From assembly GCA_045589295.1 (NCBI GenBank), contig JAZNOU010000021.1, positions 1 through 64,000 of the forward strand: 64,000 bases of DNA, read 5' to 3'. Of the stretch, positions 41,008 through 51,039 are shown in pieces. The DNA is from Clostridia bacterium. Lineage in GTDB: Bacteria > Bacillota > Clostridia > RGIG6154. Under the pieces are notes generated by a model, which had not been told where the DNA came from, searched no databases, and worked only from the letters and a program-made list of their open reading frames with translations. Position 1 is the stretch's first letter; each line of letters opens with the position of its first letter. The position numbers and the translations under genes were made by a program.

Positions 41008-41197
41008 AACCCCGCCTGACCGTTTCCCTGTCAATTTTAAACCTGAATTTTCAGGTGGGTTTCCTCTCATTTGCTTAATCGCTCCTCCAATGCCACAAAT
41101 GTGGGGAGGCCTGCAAGCCACAAACGAAGTCAGAATCCCTTAAAATGAGTGTTGGTTCAAAACACGTACAAGGACTAAACACGAATCAGGCAGGATA
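41008..41197 (-). ncRNA. ssrS: 6S RNA
   Basis: About 190 nt with complementary ends (CCTGCCTGA / TCAGGCGGG), TTGAACCAACA, GGGA and ACCCACCTG...CAGGTT motifs around a central bubble, as in clostridial 6S RNA. Confidence 0.85.
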
Positions 41198-41208
41198 AGG
41201 GGATTAAA

Positions 41209-41472
41209 TTACTCCCCTTCTTCCTCTTCACAAAGCTGAGCATACCTGTCTAAAACAGCTTGAGCTTCTTCATCGTTATCAACACCGACTAAAACTTCGC
41301 AATCAGCATCATCATTTTCGAACTTGAGTATAACAACTCCACCTTCAGGATCTTCAACAGGAAGAAGAATAACGTAATACTCGTCATTCATTTCAATTGT
41401 ATCAATATGTTCAAATTCTACTTCTTTACCTTCATCGTCAGTTAAAACGATAATTCCTTCTTTTTCAGACAT
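41209..41472 (-). CDS. DUF1292 domain acidic protein
   Basis: IIVLTDDEGKEVEFE...EYYVILLP; highly acidic. Confidence 0.85.
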   Translation of the reverse strand: MSEKEGIIVLTDDEGKEVEFEHIDTIEMNDEYYVILLPVEDPEGGVVILKFENDDADCEVLVGVDNDEEAQAVLDRYAQLCEEEEGE

Positions 41473-41546
41473 AAAAATTCCTCTTTTCAATTATATTTTA
41501 TCGCAACGTAAAACATATGTCAATATTGTTTGTAAAATTACCAAAA

Positions 41547-42263
41547 TTATTCTTCACACTTAACTGCAAACATTAAAACATATGGCACACTAACCACAGC
41601 AAGCATCAAGAAAAGGTTGTACCACCTCACAAGATAGAAAATCTGGAACGCATACGCAACAAGTGACAAAAATGCATACACCGCATACGCCCACCAAAAT
41701 GAATTATTTTTTGATTTTACAATAAATACAATTCCAAGTGCCATAGCAAGTGCATAAACAACAATAAAAGCTATATTTCTTGCCAAAATCATAGTATTAA
41801 CCATTACATCAGGCACAACAAACACAGAAAGGGATAAGCCTCCGATTACAACAACCGCTAATAAGGCAACCCACCATTTTGCCAAAAAATTCTTGCCAAA
41901 TGCAACTCTGTCAGCAAAAGAAAAAGCAAAAATCGTAACAAGCGCATATGCTGTTGCATAAAAATAGTTGTAAAATGTCAACTCGTTAATGCCATGCAAA
42001 AGTTTTGCAACAAAACCTAATATACCCAAAAGCACGAATTCTGCACCAAGCAGAACAACGCCAAGTCTTTTCGCAACAATACCATGAACAAGTGTAAACG
42101 CCGCAGGAATAGCCACAAAGAAATATCCACACATCATAACCCATCTTAAATCTGTTGCCAAATTAATAAGATAGTAATATGCAATAGCAACCATCGCTAA
42201 AACCATAGCAAAAATAGTGCTTATTCTTGCGGTTTCTTCTCTACTTGAAAAATAATTTTTCAT
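41547..42263 (-). CDS. Hypothetical polytopic membrane protein (about 8 TM)
   Basis: AAGGAG RBS; eight hydrophobic segments; no family recognised. Confidence 0.75.
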   Translation of the reverse strand: MKNYFSSREETARISTIFAMVLAMVAIAYYYLINLATDLRWVMMCGYFFVAIPAAFTLVHGIVAKRLGVVLLGAEFVLLGILGFVAKLLHGINELTFYNYFYATAYALVTIFAFSFADRVAFGKNFLAKWWVALLAVVVIGGLSLSVFVVPDVMVNTMILARNIAFIVVYALAMALGIVFIVKSKNNSFWWAYAVYAFLSLVAYAFQIFYLVRWYNLFLMLAVVSVPYVLMFAVKCEE

Positions 42264-42275
42264 ATTTTTTACTCC

Positions 42276-43652
42276 TTAAAAATCAAGTTTTGATTCAATG
42301 AAGCTCTTGATTTCTTCAATTTTAATTCTCTGCTGTTCCATAGTATCTCTATCACGAACAGTTACACATCCATCTGTTTCAGACTCAAAATCATAAGTAA
42401 TACAAAATGGTGTTCCGATTTCATCCTGTCGACGATATCTCTTACCGATTGAACCAGCTTCATCATATTCACAGTTGAAATATTTTGCAAGGTCTGCATA
42501 AACTTTTCCAGCGCCTTCAGCAAGTTTTTTTGAAAGCGGTAAAATTGCAGCCTTAACAGGAGCTAACGCAGGATGAAGTCTTAGCACAACTCTTGTGTCG
42601 CCCTCAGCAATTTCTTCCTCATCATAAGCTTCACAAAGGAAAGCCAAAGCTACTCTGTCGGCGCCAAGTGATGGTTCAACACAATAAGGAACGTATTTTT
42701 CATTTGTAATAGGATCTGTATATTCCATTGATTCACCAGAGTGAGTTGCGTGCTGTTTTAAGTCGAAGTCTGTTCTGTCAGCAATACCCCAAAGTTCGCC
42801 CCAACCAAACGGGAATAAAAATTCAATATCTGTTGTTGCATTTGAATAATGTGAAAGTTCTTCTGGAGAATGATCACGCATTTTAATATTTTCTTCTTTC
42901 ATGTCAAGTGACAAAAGAAAGTTTTTACAATAATCTTTCCAATAATTAAACCAATCCATATCAGTTCCGGGAGCACAGAAAAACTCAAGTTCCATCTGTT
43001 CAAATTCTCTTGTTCTAAACGTAAAGTTACCCGGTGTAATTTCGTTTCTGAAAGATTTGCCAACCTGACCTATACCAAAAGGAATTTTCTTTCTTGTTGT
43101 TCTCTGAACATTTTTAAAGTTAACAAATATACCTTGCGCAGTTTCTGGGCGCAAGAAAAGTTCCGACTTAGAATCTTCTGTAACGCCCTGGAATGTCTTA
43201 AACATAAGGTTAAATTTTCTAATTGATGTAAAGTTTGCTTTTCCGCATTCAGGACAAACAATTCCGTTTTCAATGATGTAGTTATACATCTGTTCATCTG
43301 TCCAACCGTCTGCAGAAATATGTGCAGCGTCTTCAATAAGCTTGTCCGCTCTAAAACGTGCTTTACATTCCTTACAATCCATCAATGGATCAGAAAATCC
43401 TCCTACGTGTCCTGATGCAACCCAAGTCTGCGGATTCATCAAAATTGCAGCATCAAGACCAACATTGTATGGGCTTTCCTGAATGAATTTTTTCCACCAA
43501 GCTTTTTTTACATTGTTTTTAAATTCCACACCAAGTGGACCGTAATCCCAAGTATTAGAAAGTCCGCCATAGATTTCAGAACCCGGATATACATAACCTC
43601 TGCCTTTGCAAAGAGCTACCACTTTTTCCATTGTTTTTTTAGAATTATCCAT
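42276..43652 (-). CDS. glyQS: Glycine--tRNA ligase (homodimeric type)
   Basis: [49 protein letters not shown]; GGAGG RBS before ATG 43652. Confidence 0.96.
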   Translation of the reverse strand: MDNSKKTMEKVVALCKGRGYVYPGSEIYGGLSNTWDYGPLGVEFKNNVKKAWWKKFIQESPYNVGLDAAILMNPQTWVASGHVGGFSDPLMDCKECKARFRADKLIEDAAHISADGWTDEQMYNYIIENGIVCPECGKANFTSIRKFNLMFKTFQGVTEDSKSELFLRPETAQGIFVNFKNVQRTTRKKIPFGIGQVGKSFRNEITPGNFTFRTREFEQMELEFFCAPGTDMDWFNYWKDYCKNFLLSLDMKEENIKMRDHSPEELSHYSNATTDIEFLFPFGWGELWGIADRTDFDLKQHATHSGESMEYTDPITNEKYVPYCVEPSLGADRVALAFLCEAYDEEEIAEGDTRVVLRLHPALAPVKAAILPLSKKLAEGAGKVYADLAKYFNCEYDEAGSIGKRYRRQDEIGTPFCITYDFESETDGCVTVRDRDTMEQQRIKIEEIKSFIESKLDF

Positions 43653-43666
43653 AATACCCTCCAAAT

Positions 43667-45151
43667 TTATTTGTGATATAATTTTTTCGTATGATATTGA
43701 GGCTCGCATGTTATATTAACTCCAAGCCTTTTAAAAACATTTTCATCTACACTTGATAAAATCACTGTCGAATGTAGCTCGCAACCACGCAAATTATCCA
43801 ACTGCTTGATAGCAGACTGAGCATCAGCATTTGTAGCCCCACATATTGCAAGAGCAATCAAAATTTCATCTGAGTGAAGTCTTGGATTATGGTTTCCCAT
43901 ATATTTTGTTTTAAGCTCCTGTATCGGCTCAATTTCAGTAGGTGAAATAAGTTTTACATCGTGGTGAATACAAGCAAGTTCTTTTAAAGCATTCAATAGT
44001 GCAGCGGCAGATGCCCCCAAAAGTGAACTTGTCTTACCTGTGATAACTTTACCATCAGGAAGTTCAATCGCAACTGCAGGAAGTCCTGTGCTTTCTGCAC
44101 GTTGCAACGCTTGTTTTACAACAGGTCTGTCGGCTGAAGAAGTATGTGTCTGATTCATTAAAAGTTCAAGACGATAAATTTCTTCTTTATCTGCGCTTCC
44201 CTGTTTCTGAGCACATCTTGCGGCATAATATCTTCTTATAATTTCCTGCTTTGATGCTTCGCTTACCGCTTCGTCATCTGTAATGCAAAATCCAGCCATA
44301 TTTACTCCCATATCTGTTGGACTTTTATACGGCGATTCACCATTAATCTTTTCAAAAATCGCATTCAAAACAGGGAAAATTTCAATATCTCTGTTATAAT
44401 TAACTGTTGTTTTTCCGTATGCTTCCAAGTGGAACGGATCAATCATATTTACATCATCTAGGTCAGCTGTTGCAGCCTCGTAAGCAAGATTAACGGGATG
44501 CTTGAGTGGTAAATTCCAAACCGGGAATGTCTCAAATTTAGCATATCCTGCTTTTACATTCCTTCTGTTCTCGTGATAAAGTTGTGAAAGGCATGTAGCC
44601 ATTTTGCCACTTCCAGGTCCAGGTGCAGTTACAACAACCAAAGACCTCTTGGTTTCAACATATTCGTTTTTACCAAAACCATCCTCACTTACAATAAGTG
44701 GAATGTTGGACGGATAGTCCGGTATAACATAGTGAATATACACCTTAATACCCATACTTTCAAGACGTTTTTTAAACAAATCCGCAGCACTTTGTGATTT
44801 GTACTGTGTAATAACAACACTACCAACAAACAAACCAATTCCCCTGAAAGCATCAATTAATCTTAGGGTTTCAAGATCATAAGTAATTCCAAGGTCACCC
44901 CTGCGTTTATTCTTTTCAATCGCATCGGCACTTATAACTATGACAATTTCGGCCTCATCTTTTAATTCCAAAAGGAGTTTAACCTTACTGTCAGGTTGAA
45001 ATCCAGGAAGAACACGTGCTGCATGATAATCGTCAAACAGTTTTCCACCAAATTCCAAATAAAGTTTACCACCAAATTTAGAAATTCTCTCCCTGATATT
45101 TTTCGACTGCAGTTCAAGGTATTTTTCATTGTCAAAACCAATTTTTGTCAT
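43667..45151 (-). CDS. DUF1846 (UPF0371) protein
   Basis: [40 protein letters not shown]. Confidence 0.92.
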   Translation of the reverse strand: MTKIGFDNEKYLELQSKNIRERISKFGGKLYLEFGGKLFDDYHAARVLPGFQPDSKVKLLLELKDEAEIVIVISADAIEKNKRRGDLGITYDLETLRLIDAFRGIGLFVGSVVITQYKSQSAADLFKKRLESMGIKVYIHYVIPDYPSNIPLIVSEDGFGKNEYVETKRSLVVVTAPGPGSGKMATCLSQLYHENRRNVKAGYAKFETFPVWNLPLKHPVNLAYEAATADLDDVNMIDPFHLEAYGKTTVNYNRDIEIFPVLNAIFEKINGESPYKSPTDMGVNMAGFCITDDEAVSEASKQEIIRRYYAARCAQKQGSADKEEIYRLELLMNQTHTSSADRPVVKQALQRAESTGLPAVAIELPDGKVITGKTSSLLGASAAALLNALKELACIHHDVKLISPTEIEPIQELKTKYMGNHNPRLHSDEILIALAICGATNADAQSAIKQLDNLRGCELHSTVILSSVDENVFKRLGVNITCEPQYHTKKLYHK

Positions 45152-45241
45152 AACATAAATCCCTTCAATAAAACAATTACTATCATAAAATTATACCACT
45201 ATATTACAAATAGTGCAATACATAATTTGCTTTTTTAATAT

Positions 45242-45889
45242 TTATTTTATAAGTTTGCCACTACTGTTAATGTTAATATACATAGTTTTCGACTTTTCAC
45301 ATTTGCAAAGGGCATCAGTCTTTTCAACTATATTTTCTATCAGCTTGTCCGATAAATCAACTTTTTCGAATATTTCTGCACATACTTTGTCTGCATAAAT
45401 AATCTCGCCTGTTGGTATGCCAAGCGTTGCAACCATATTTACAACTTTACCCCACACATTATAATCGCAAGAAACAATCACTTTATCACACAGGCACTTT
45501 GATATAATCTCTGCCTCATTTATCACTTTTTTAACACTCTCAGAATATGCTCTTACCAGTCCGCCTGTTCCTAAAAGAGTTCCTCCAAAATATCTTGTTA
45601 TTACAACTGCAACATTTAAAAGACCCGCCCCTTCTAAAACTTTTAATGACGGAACCCCCGAAGTTCCGGAGGGTTCACCGTCATCAGAATATCTTTTTAT
45701 ATTTTGTTCTGACAGGATATATGCATAAACATTATGAGTTGCATCCCAATATTTCGCTCGCATCTCTTCAATAAAGGCAGTAGCTTCTTCCTGTGTCGAT
45801 ACCGGTCTTAAAGTTGCAATAAATTTAGATTTTTTATCAACATACTCAGCCACATACTCTGCCAGAACAGTTTTGTATTCTTTTATCAA
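45242..45889 (-). CDS. YigZ/IMPACT family protein
   Basis: KKSKF, ATHNVYAY, SDDGEPSGT, RYFGGTLLGTGGLVRAY. Confidence 0.94.
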   Translation of the reverse strand: MIKEYKTVLAEYVAEYVDKKSKFIATLRPVSTQEEATAFIEEMRAKYWDATHNVYAYILSEQNIKRYSDDGEPSGTSGVPSLKVLEGAGLLNVAVVITRYFGGTLLGTGGLVRAYSESVKKVINEAEIISKCLCDKVIVSCDYNVWGKVVNMVATLGIPTGEIIYADKVCAEIFEKVDLSDKLIENIVEKTDALCKCEKSKTMYININSSGKLIK

Positions 45890-45907
45890 AAAATCACCCT
45901 TTGTTAT

Positions 45908-45976
45908 TCAGATTTTAAAAATACTTTTTAAAATCCTGCTCCAAAATTTAGACGGATTAACTACTACTATCTTCAT
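45908..45976 (-). CDS. spoVM: Stage V sporulation protein SpoVM (22 aa)
   Basis: MKIVVVNPSKFWSRILKSIFKI amphipathic helix with conserved Pro; GAAAGGG RBS; downstream of rsgA-rpe-thiN as in B. subtilis. Confidence 0.85.
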   Translation of the reverse strand: MKIVVVNPSKFWSRILKSIFKI

Positions 45977-45996
45977 AAACTCAACCCTTTCATTTT

Positions 45997-46143
45997 TTAA
46001 GCACAAAGCATCACACAACACACAAAGATCACCGCAGCACAGAGCAGGAATAAAATCCAACTCGCAGGCAGCAATATGTAAATAACAATGCCCGCCGCAA
46101 ATCCTAAAACTGTGTAAAGCCACCATTTGCACCTTCTGAACAT
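45997..46143 (-). CDS. 48-aa two-helix membrane protein (absent from the ORF track)
   Basis: MFRRCKWWLYTVLGFAAGIVIYILLPASWILFLLCAAVIFVCCVMLCA; GAGGA RBS; basic N-terminus then hydrophobic hairpin. Confidence 0.75.
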   Translation of the reverse strand: MFRRCKWWLYTVLGFAAGIVIYILLPASWILFLLCAAVIFVCCVMLCA

Positions 46144-46160
46144 AATATCATTCCTCACAG

Positions 46161-46207
46161 AAAAAGAAGTGTCCTTCGCTATTATTATATTAAAGACACT
46201 TCTTTTT
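46161..46207 (-). terminator. Terminator-like inverted repeat closing the yloC-thiN superoperon
   Basis: AAAAAGAAGTGTC (46161-46173) / GACACTTCTTTTT (46195-46207). Confidence 0.65.
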
Positions 46208-46214
46208 GTGCAAA

Positions 46215-46814
46215 TTAAATAACTGTTTTACATATAACAGCAAGCACTTTACCTGAATTTACAATAAGTTTTGCATTTTCAAGTGCTATATTACTTAACG
46301 TAAGGGTATCTCCTATTTTCAAATCCGCATTATAAAGCGGATATTTAAATCCTTCAAGAGAAATATTTGCTTTTTCATAAGGCAAAAAACTTATACTTTT
46401 GCCGATATAATTATTAAAATCAACTAAGTTATCACAATAAATAACCTTTACATCGGTTTCTTCAATAATCACTTTATTGTACTTAAACAAAAGATGTAAA
46501 TTAAACATTTGATGATCGAGCCTTCCACCTAATGCACATGAAAGAACAATGTCATCCCCATAATGCTCTATTGCGTAATTAATAGCAATTTCCGCATCAT
46601 TCAAATCTTTTTCTTTTGGGAAAACAACAGTTTTTATGTTTTTAGGCACAACACAAGAATCAAAGTCACCGACAACAATATCAGGTACGATTCCTGCATT
46701 TTGTGCATGAATATAGCCGCCATCCGCACAGATAACTTTATCCACCTTTAAAGACAATTCTTTAAGGAAAGACAAACTTTCACACTTGCCATTTAAAATT
46801 ATAAGTGTTTTCAT
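46215..46814 (-). CDS. thiN: Thiamine diphosphokinase
   Basis: CADGG, GDFDS, EKD, GGRLDH, GFKYPL, LSN. Confidence 0.94.
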   Translation of the reverse strand: MKTLIILNGKCESLSFLKELSLKVDKVICADGGYIHAQNAGIVPDIVVGDFDSCVVPKNIKTVVFPKEKDLNDAEIAINYAIEHYGDDIVLSCALGGRLDHQMFNLHLLFKYNKVIIEETDVKVIYCDNLVDFNNYIGKSISFLPYEKANISLEGFKYPLYNADLKIGDTLTLSNIALENAKLIVNSGKVLAVICKTVI

Positions 46815-46815
46815 A

Positions 46816-47451
46816 TTATCTCTCTTTAATAGCTTTCACAACTGCACTCGGATCTTTGGCGTTAAAAACAGTGCTTCCTGCAACAATAATATTTGCACCT
46901 GCTTCAATGACATTATCCAAATTATCAAGTTTAACTCCGCCATCGATTTCAATATCAAGCTCAGGATAATTTTTACGCAAAAATTTAATTTTATCAAGAC
47001 AATCTTCAATAAGTGACTGTCCCCCAAATCCCGGATTAACAGTCATAATTAAAACCATATCAACATCATCTATGTACGGAAGCAAAACCTCCACAGGTGT
47101 AGGCGGATTTATAGTAATACCAACCTTAACACCCAAATCCTTAATTTGTTTTATAAGTGCATTCATATCATTGGTTGTTTCATAATGAACAGTAATAATA
47201 TCAGCACCGCTATTTACAAAACTGTCAACATATTTTTCGGGATTTTCTATCATAAGATGCACATCAAACACTGCTTTTGAATGGGGTCTTAAACTTGAAA
47301 CTACACAAGGACCTAATGTCAGATTAGGAACAAAATGCCCATCCATAACATCAATATGAATATACTCACTTCCCGCGTTTTCCACCATTTGCACTTGGTC
47401 TTTAAGCTGTGAAAAATCAGCAGATAATATTGATGGTGCTACAATTGCCAT
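46816..47451 (-). CDS. rpe: Ribulose-phosphate 3-epimerase
   Basis: APSILSADF, HIDVMDGHFVPN, MTVNPGFGGQ, IDGG. Confidence 0.97.
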   Translation of the reverse strand: MAIVAPSILSADFSQLKDQVQMVENAGSEYIHIDVMDGHFVPNLTLGPCVVSSLRPHSKAVFDVHLMIENPEKYVDSFVNSGADIITVHYETTNDMNALIKQIKDLGVKVGITINPPTPVEVLLPYIDDVDMVLIMTVNPGFGGQSLIEDCLDKIKFLRKNYPELDIEIDGGVKLDNLDNVIEAGANIIVAGSTVFNAKDPSAVVKAIKER

Positions 47452-47467
47452 AAACTATTCCTCTTTC

Positions 47468-48340
47468 TTACATAAACTTTTCTTTTTTATCACATGCTTC
47501 TTCAAACAATGATACATAACTTTCGTATCTACTTTTTTCAATTTTTCCTTCTTCGGCAAGTTTTTTAACTATACACCCCGGTTCGTTAATGTGTGTGCAA
47601 CCGGAAAATTTACACTGTCCAAAATACTGTTCAAACTCTTTGAAACAAAACGCAAGCTCGTTTTTATCGATTTCAGACAAGTCAACAACACTAAAACCTG
47701 GGGTATCCGCAATAAAGCCTCCAAACTTAAGTGGCAGAAGTGTCGCATGAGTAGTCGTATGTTTGCCGCGCTTGATTTTACCTACTTCACCTGTAGTCCG
47801 AGCAAAATTTTCATCCAACATATTAATCAGGCTTGACTTTCCAACGCCGGAACATCCTGCAAAAGCTGAAACTTTGCCCTTTAAAACATCTTTAAGTGGT
47901 GTAATATCAGTTTTACCGTCTACCGTAGAAGTTACAGTCACATTATAGCCTGCATTGGTATAAACCCTTTGTATCTCTGCATAATCCGCAAGATCTGATT
48001 TATTGATACAAATACTGACATCAAAATTATTGTACTCTAAAAGCCCAAGCAGTTTATCAGTTTGCTTATAATTCGGGGACGGTTCTGCTGCTGCAATTAC
48101 AACAATAATCTGGTCAACATTTGCTACTGCAGGACGTATTAAACTGTTTTTGCGTGGCAGAACTCCTGTAATTGCATAAGTTCCGCTTTGTTCTTCAACA
48201 GTTACAATATCTCCAATCAAAAGTCTGATATTCTCTTTTTTTATTCTACCTCTTGCACGGGCTTCGTAAGTCTTCCCGTCGATCATAACGTAATAGAAAC
48301 TACCAAACCCGTTAATCAATAATCCTCTTTTTTCACTCAT
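47468..48340 (-). CDS. rsgA: Ribosome small subunit-dependent GTPase A
   Basis: NKSD, GCSGVGKS, GKHTT, DTPG, CKFSGCTHINEPGC. Confidence 0.96.
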   Translation of the reverse strand: MSEKRGLLINGFGSFYYVMIDGKTYEARARGRIKKENIRLLIGDIVTVEEQSGTYAITGVLPRKNSLIRPAVANVDQIIVVIAAAEPSPNYKQTDKLLGLLEYNNFDVSICINKSDLADYAEIQRVYTNAGYNVTVTSTVDGKTDITPLKDVLKGKVSAFAGCSGVGKSSLINMLDENFARTTGEVGKIKRGKHTTTHATLLPLKFGGFIADTPGFSVVDLSEIDKNELAFCFKEFEQYFGQCKFSGCTHINEPGCIVKKLAEEGKIEKSRYESYVSLFEEACDKKEKFM

Positions 48341-50292
48341 TAGAATTTAATCGTCTTTTCAGTTACCTTCTGGTCATCTATATATGCAACCACTACTACA
48401 TTTCCGCTACCTGAAACAGGAACGCTTATTGCACCTTCAGAAGTCTTATGTGTTCCTGTATAAACCGTCTTACCATTTGCAGTTACTTTTACACTTGCTT
48501 GCTCTTTGTCCTGAGGAAGCATAACAGTAACCTCTTTGGTAACTGTAGGCTTATTCGTGTGACCAGACTGGTTATTTTCAGGTGTTGAAATTTCATCATC
48601 ACCAATTCCTACAGTAATGGTAACTGTAGTTTTTTCGGTAACCTGTGTCTGCGATGCAATAGACTGTCTGATTACTTTACCTTTTTCAGATATTTTTGAC
48701 TTTTCATATACAACTTTAGAGTTAAGGTTAACCACTGATAACTCACGTTTTGCCTCATCTTCGTCAAGTCCGATAAGTGCAGGAACAACAGGTAGAGGTT
48801 CTTCTTCACCAGAACTTACAACCAAGTTAACAATATCCACTCCTACCTTTACATTCTTCTTTGCACGTGGTTCAGTCTCTATAACAGTATTTTCTGGTAT
48901 TGAAGAGTCGGTTTTATATTCAACTGAATATAAAATATCCATATCTTCAAGTTTGTTTTGCGCTTGTCGGTAGTCCATATTTACCAAGTCAGGCATTTTA
49001 ACAACTTCTGCTCCTTTACTTACAATAACAGAAATCGTATAAGATGTTTTTATAACTGTTCCCTCTTTGGGATCCTGATCTATGATAACGCCTTCATCAT
49101 AGTCAGCTGAATACTCAGAGCTTTCTTCTTTAAACTTCAGATTTTTATATATTTCTTTTGCTTTATCAAAGTCAACACCTATTAAATCGGGAACTTCAAC
49201 TTCACCCTTGTTACTACCCGACCATGGCATAGTTCCCGGGAACATAACAGCAATAACAACAAACGCCAAAATAGCTACAACAAGCACAGACGCACCTATT
49301 CCTGCCAACACCGCAACTTTATCCTCCTTCTGTTGCTGAGCAGTTTTAATTGGTTTCTTTGCTTTTTTACTCGTTTTAGCAGTAGTTTTTTTCATACCTT
49401 CTTCAACAGCTCCCACGTCTATTTTTTTTGTTCTATACAACTCTTCCTGCTGAAGCTTTTCAGCTCTGTCACCTTCCATTTGCATTACCCATTTAAGTTC
49501 AATAAGCATTTCGCCTGCAGACTGAAATCTTTCACTTTGGTTTTTTTGCATTGCCTTTAATACTATTTCTTCAACCTCTTTAGGAATAGTAGCAACAATT
49601 TCACAAGGGGCTACCGCATCTTCCTGCATATGCTTTAATGCAACAGAAACAGAGTTGTCACTTTCAAACGGAAGCTTACCCGTAAGCATTTCATACATTA
49701 CAACACCAAGAGAGTATACATCGGATTTTTCATCTGTGTACCCACCTCTTGCCTGTTCAGGCGAACAGTAATGAACAGACCCCATTGCACTGTCTTCCAC
49801 TTTCATTGTAAAAGAAGACACGGCTCTGGCAATACCAAAATCTGTAACCTTTAAAACATCATCTTTTGTGACCAAAATATTTTGAGGTTTGATATCACGA
49901 TGAACAATTCCTTTTCTATGAGCATGCTGAAGTGCGCATGCAATCTGTGTTGCAAAATCAACAGCTTTTTCCCAGGTAAGTACTCCGTTTTGAGCCAGGT
50001 ATTCTTTAAGCGTTATACCTTCAACATATTCCATAACAATGTAATGTATGTCACCTTCGCTGCCAATATCATATACCGACACAATATTATTGTGCGAAAG
50101 ACCAGCTGCTGCCTGAGACTCAACATTAAATCTTTTTAAAAACTCCTCATCGTTTTTAAATTCGTCTTTTAAGACCTTAATGGCAACATACCTGTTGAGA
50201 TATGTACACTTTGCTTTATATACATTGGCCATTCCGCCAATACCGATAATTTCTAATATTTCATATCTGCCTGAAAGAAGTTTTCCTGTCAT
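48340..50292 (-). CDS. pknB: PASTA-domain Ser/Thr protein kinase (PrkC/Stk1)
   Basis: GIGGMA, HRDIKPQN, DFGIA, SPEQARG; TM helix; three PASTA repeats. Confidence 0.95.
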   Translation of the reverse strand: MTGKLLSGRYEILEIIGIGGMANVYKAKCTYLNRYVAIKVLKDEFKNDEEFLKRFNVESQAAAGLSHNNIVSVYDIGSEGDIHYIVMEYVEGITLKEYLAQNGVLTWEKAVDFATQIACALQHAHRKGIVHRDIKPQNILVTKDDVLKVTDFGIARAVSSFTMKVEDSAMGSVHYCSPEQARGGYTDEKSDVYSLGVVMYEMLTGKLPFESDNSVSVALKHMQEDAVAPCEIVATIPKEVEEIVLKAMQKNQSERFQSAGEMLIELKWVMQMEGDRAEKLQQEELYRTKKIDVGAVEEGMKKTTAKTSKKAKKPIKTAQQQKEDKVAVLAGIGASVLVVAILAFVVIAVMFPGTMPWSGSNKGEVEVPDLIGVDFDKAKEIYKNLKFKEESSEYSADYDEGVIIDQDPKEGTVIKTSYTISVIVSKGAEVVKMPDLVNMDYRQAQNKLEDMDILYSVEYKTDSSIPENTVIETEPRAKKNVKVGVDIVNLVVSSGEEEPLPVVPALIGLDEDEAKRELSVVNLNSKVVYEKSKISEKGKVIRQSIASQTQVTEKTTVTITVGIGDDEISTPENNQSGHTNKPTVTKEVTVMLPQDKEQASVKVTANGKTVYTGTHKTSEGAISVPVSGSGNVVVVAYIDDQKVTEKTIKF

Positions 50293-50311
50293 TTTTATAT
50301 CCTCCGTTTAC

Positions 50312-51010
50312 TCAGAATTTGACTATAACAGCCGTAATGTTGTCAGTGCTGCCTTTTTTATATGCCTCATCTACAAGAGTCTTTACCACTACTTCAACAC
50401 TACTGTCTTGCATCACAATTTCTCTTATATCTTTATCGGACATCACTCCACTTAACCCGTCACTGCACAAAACAAGTACATCTCCTTTTTTTATAGTTAA
50501 CTTAAATGTGTCCACCTTTAATTCTTCTTCACAACCAACCGCACGGAGAAGTATGTTTTTATCAGCCCTGCTTTCGGCTTCTTCAGGGGTTATTTTGCCT
50601 GAATCTACCAAGGTTTGGACATAAGAATGGTCTGTTGTTATCTGATTAACTCTATTCTTTGAGCACAAATAACATCTGCTATCACCAACATTTGCAATAT
50701 ATACTTCCTTTTTATCCCATGCACACATCACAACGGTTGTTCCCATATCGCTCATATCTTTTTCCGATGCAGCTTTTTGCAGGATAAATTTATTTGCAAG
50801 CGTTATGGCATCAGCGAGATTTTTTTCATTAAACTCTGTCAAATTATTCAAATAATCTTTGATATGCTCTACAGCCATATTACTTGCAACTTCACCCTTA
50901 CTGTGACCGCCCATGCCGTCAGCTACGATTGAAAAGTTGTCGCAAACCAAAAAACTATCTTCATTATTTTCTCTTCTGCCTTTGTGGGTATATCCCGCAG
51001 CTATAACCAT
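50312..51010 (-). CDS. PP2C-type Ser/Thr phosphatase (Stp1/PrpC)
   Basis: RENNED, VADGMGGH, MGTT, NVGDSR, CSDGL, DNIT. Confidence 0.95.
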   Translation of the reverse strand: MVIAAGYTHKGRRENNEDSFLVCDNFSIVADGMGGHSKGEVASNMAVEHIKDYLNNLTEFNEKNLADAITLANKFILQKAASEKDMSDMGTTVVMCAWDKKEVYIANVGDSRCYLCSKNRVNQITTDHSYVQTLVDSGKITPEEAESRADKNILLRAVGCEEELKVDTFKLTIKKGDVLVLCSDGLSGVMSDKDIREIVMQDSSVEVVVKTLVDEAYKKGSTDNITAVIVKF

Positions 51011-51039
51011 TTTAATTACCCCTTTGTGTTTACACCTTT

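Noticed and set aside
45908-46132. 74-aa Cys-rich ORF in the track
   Set aside because: No RBS at its start; better explained as SpoVM (last 22 codons) plus a 48-aa gene in another frame.
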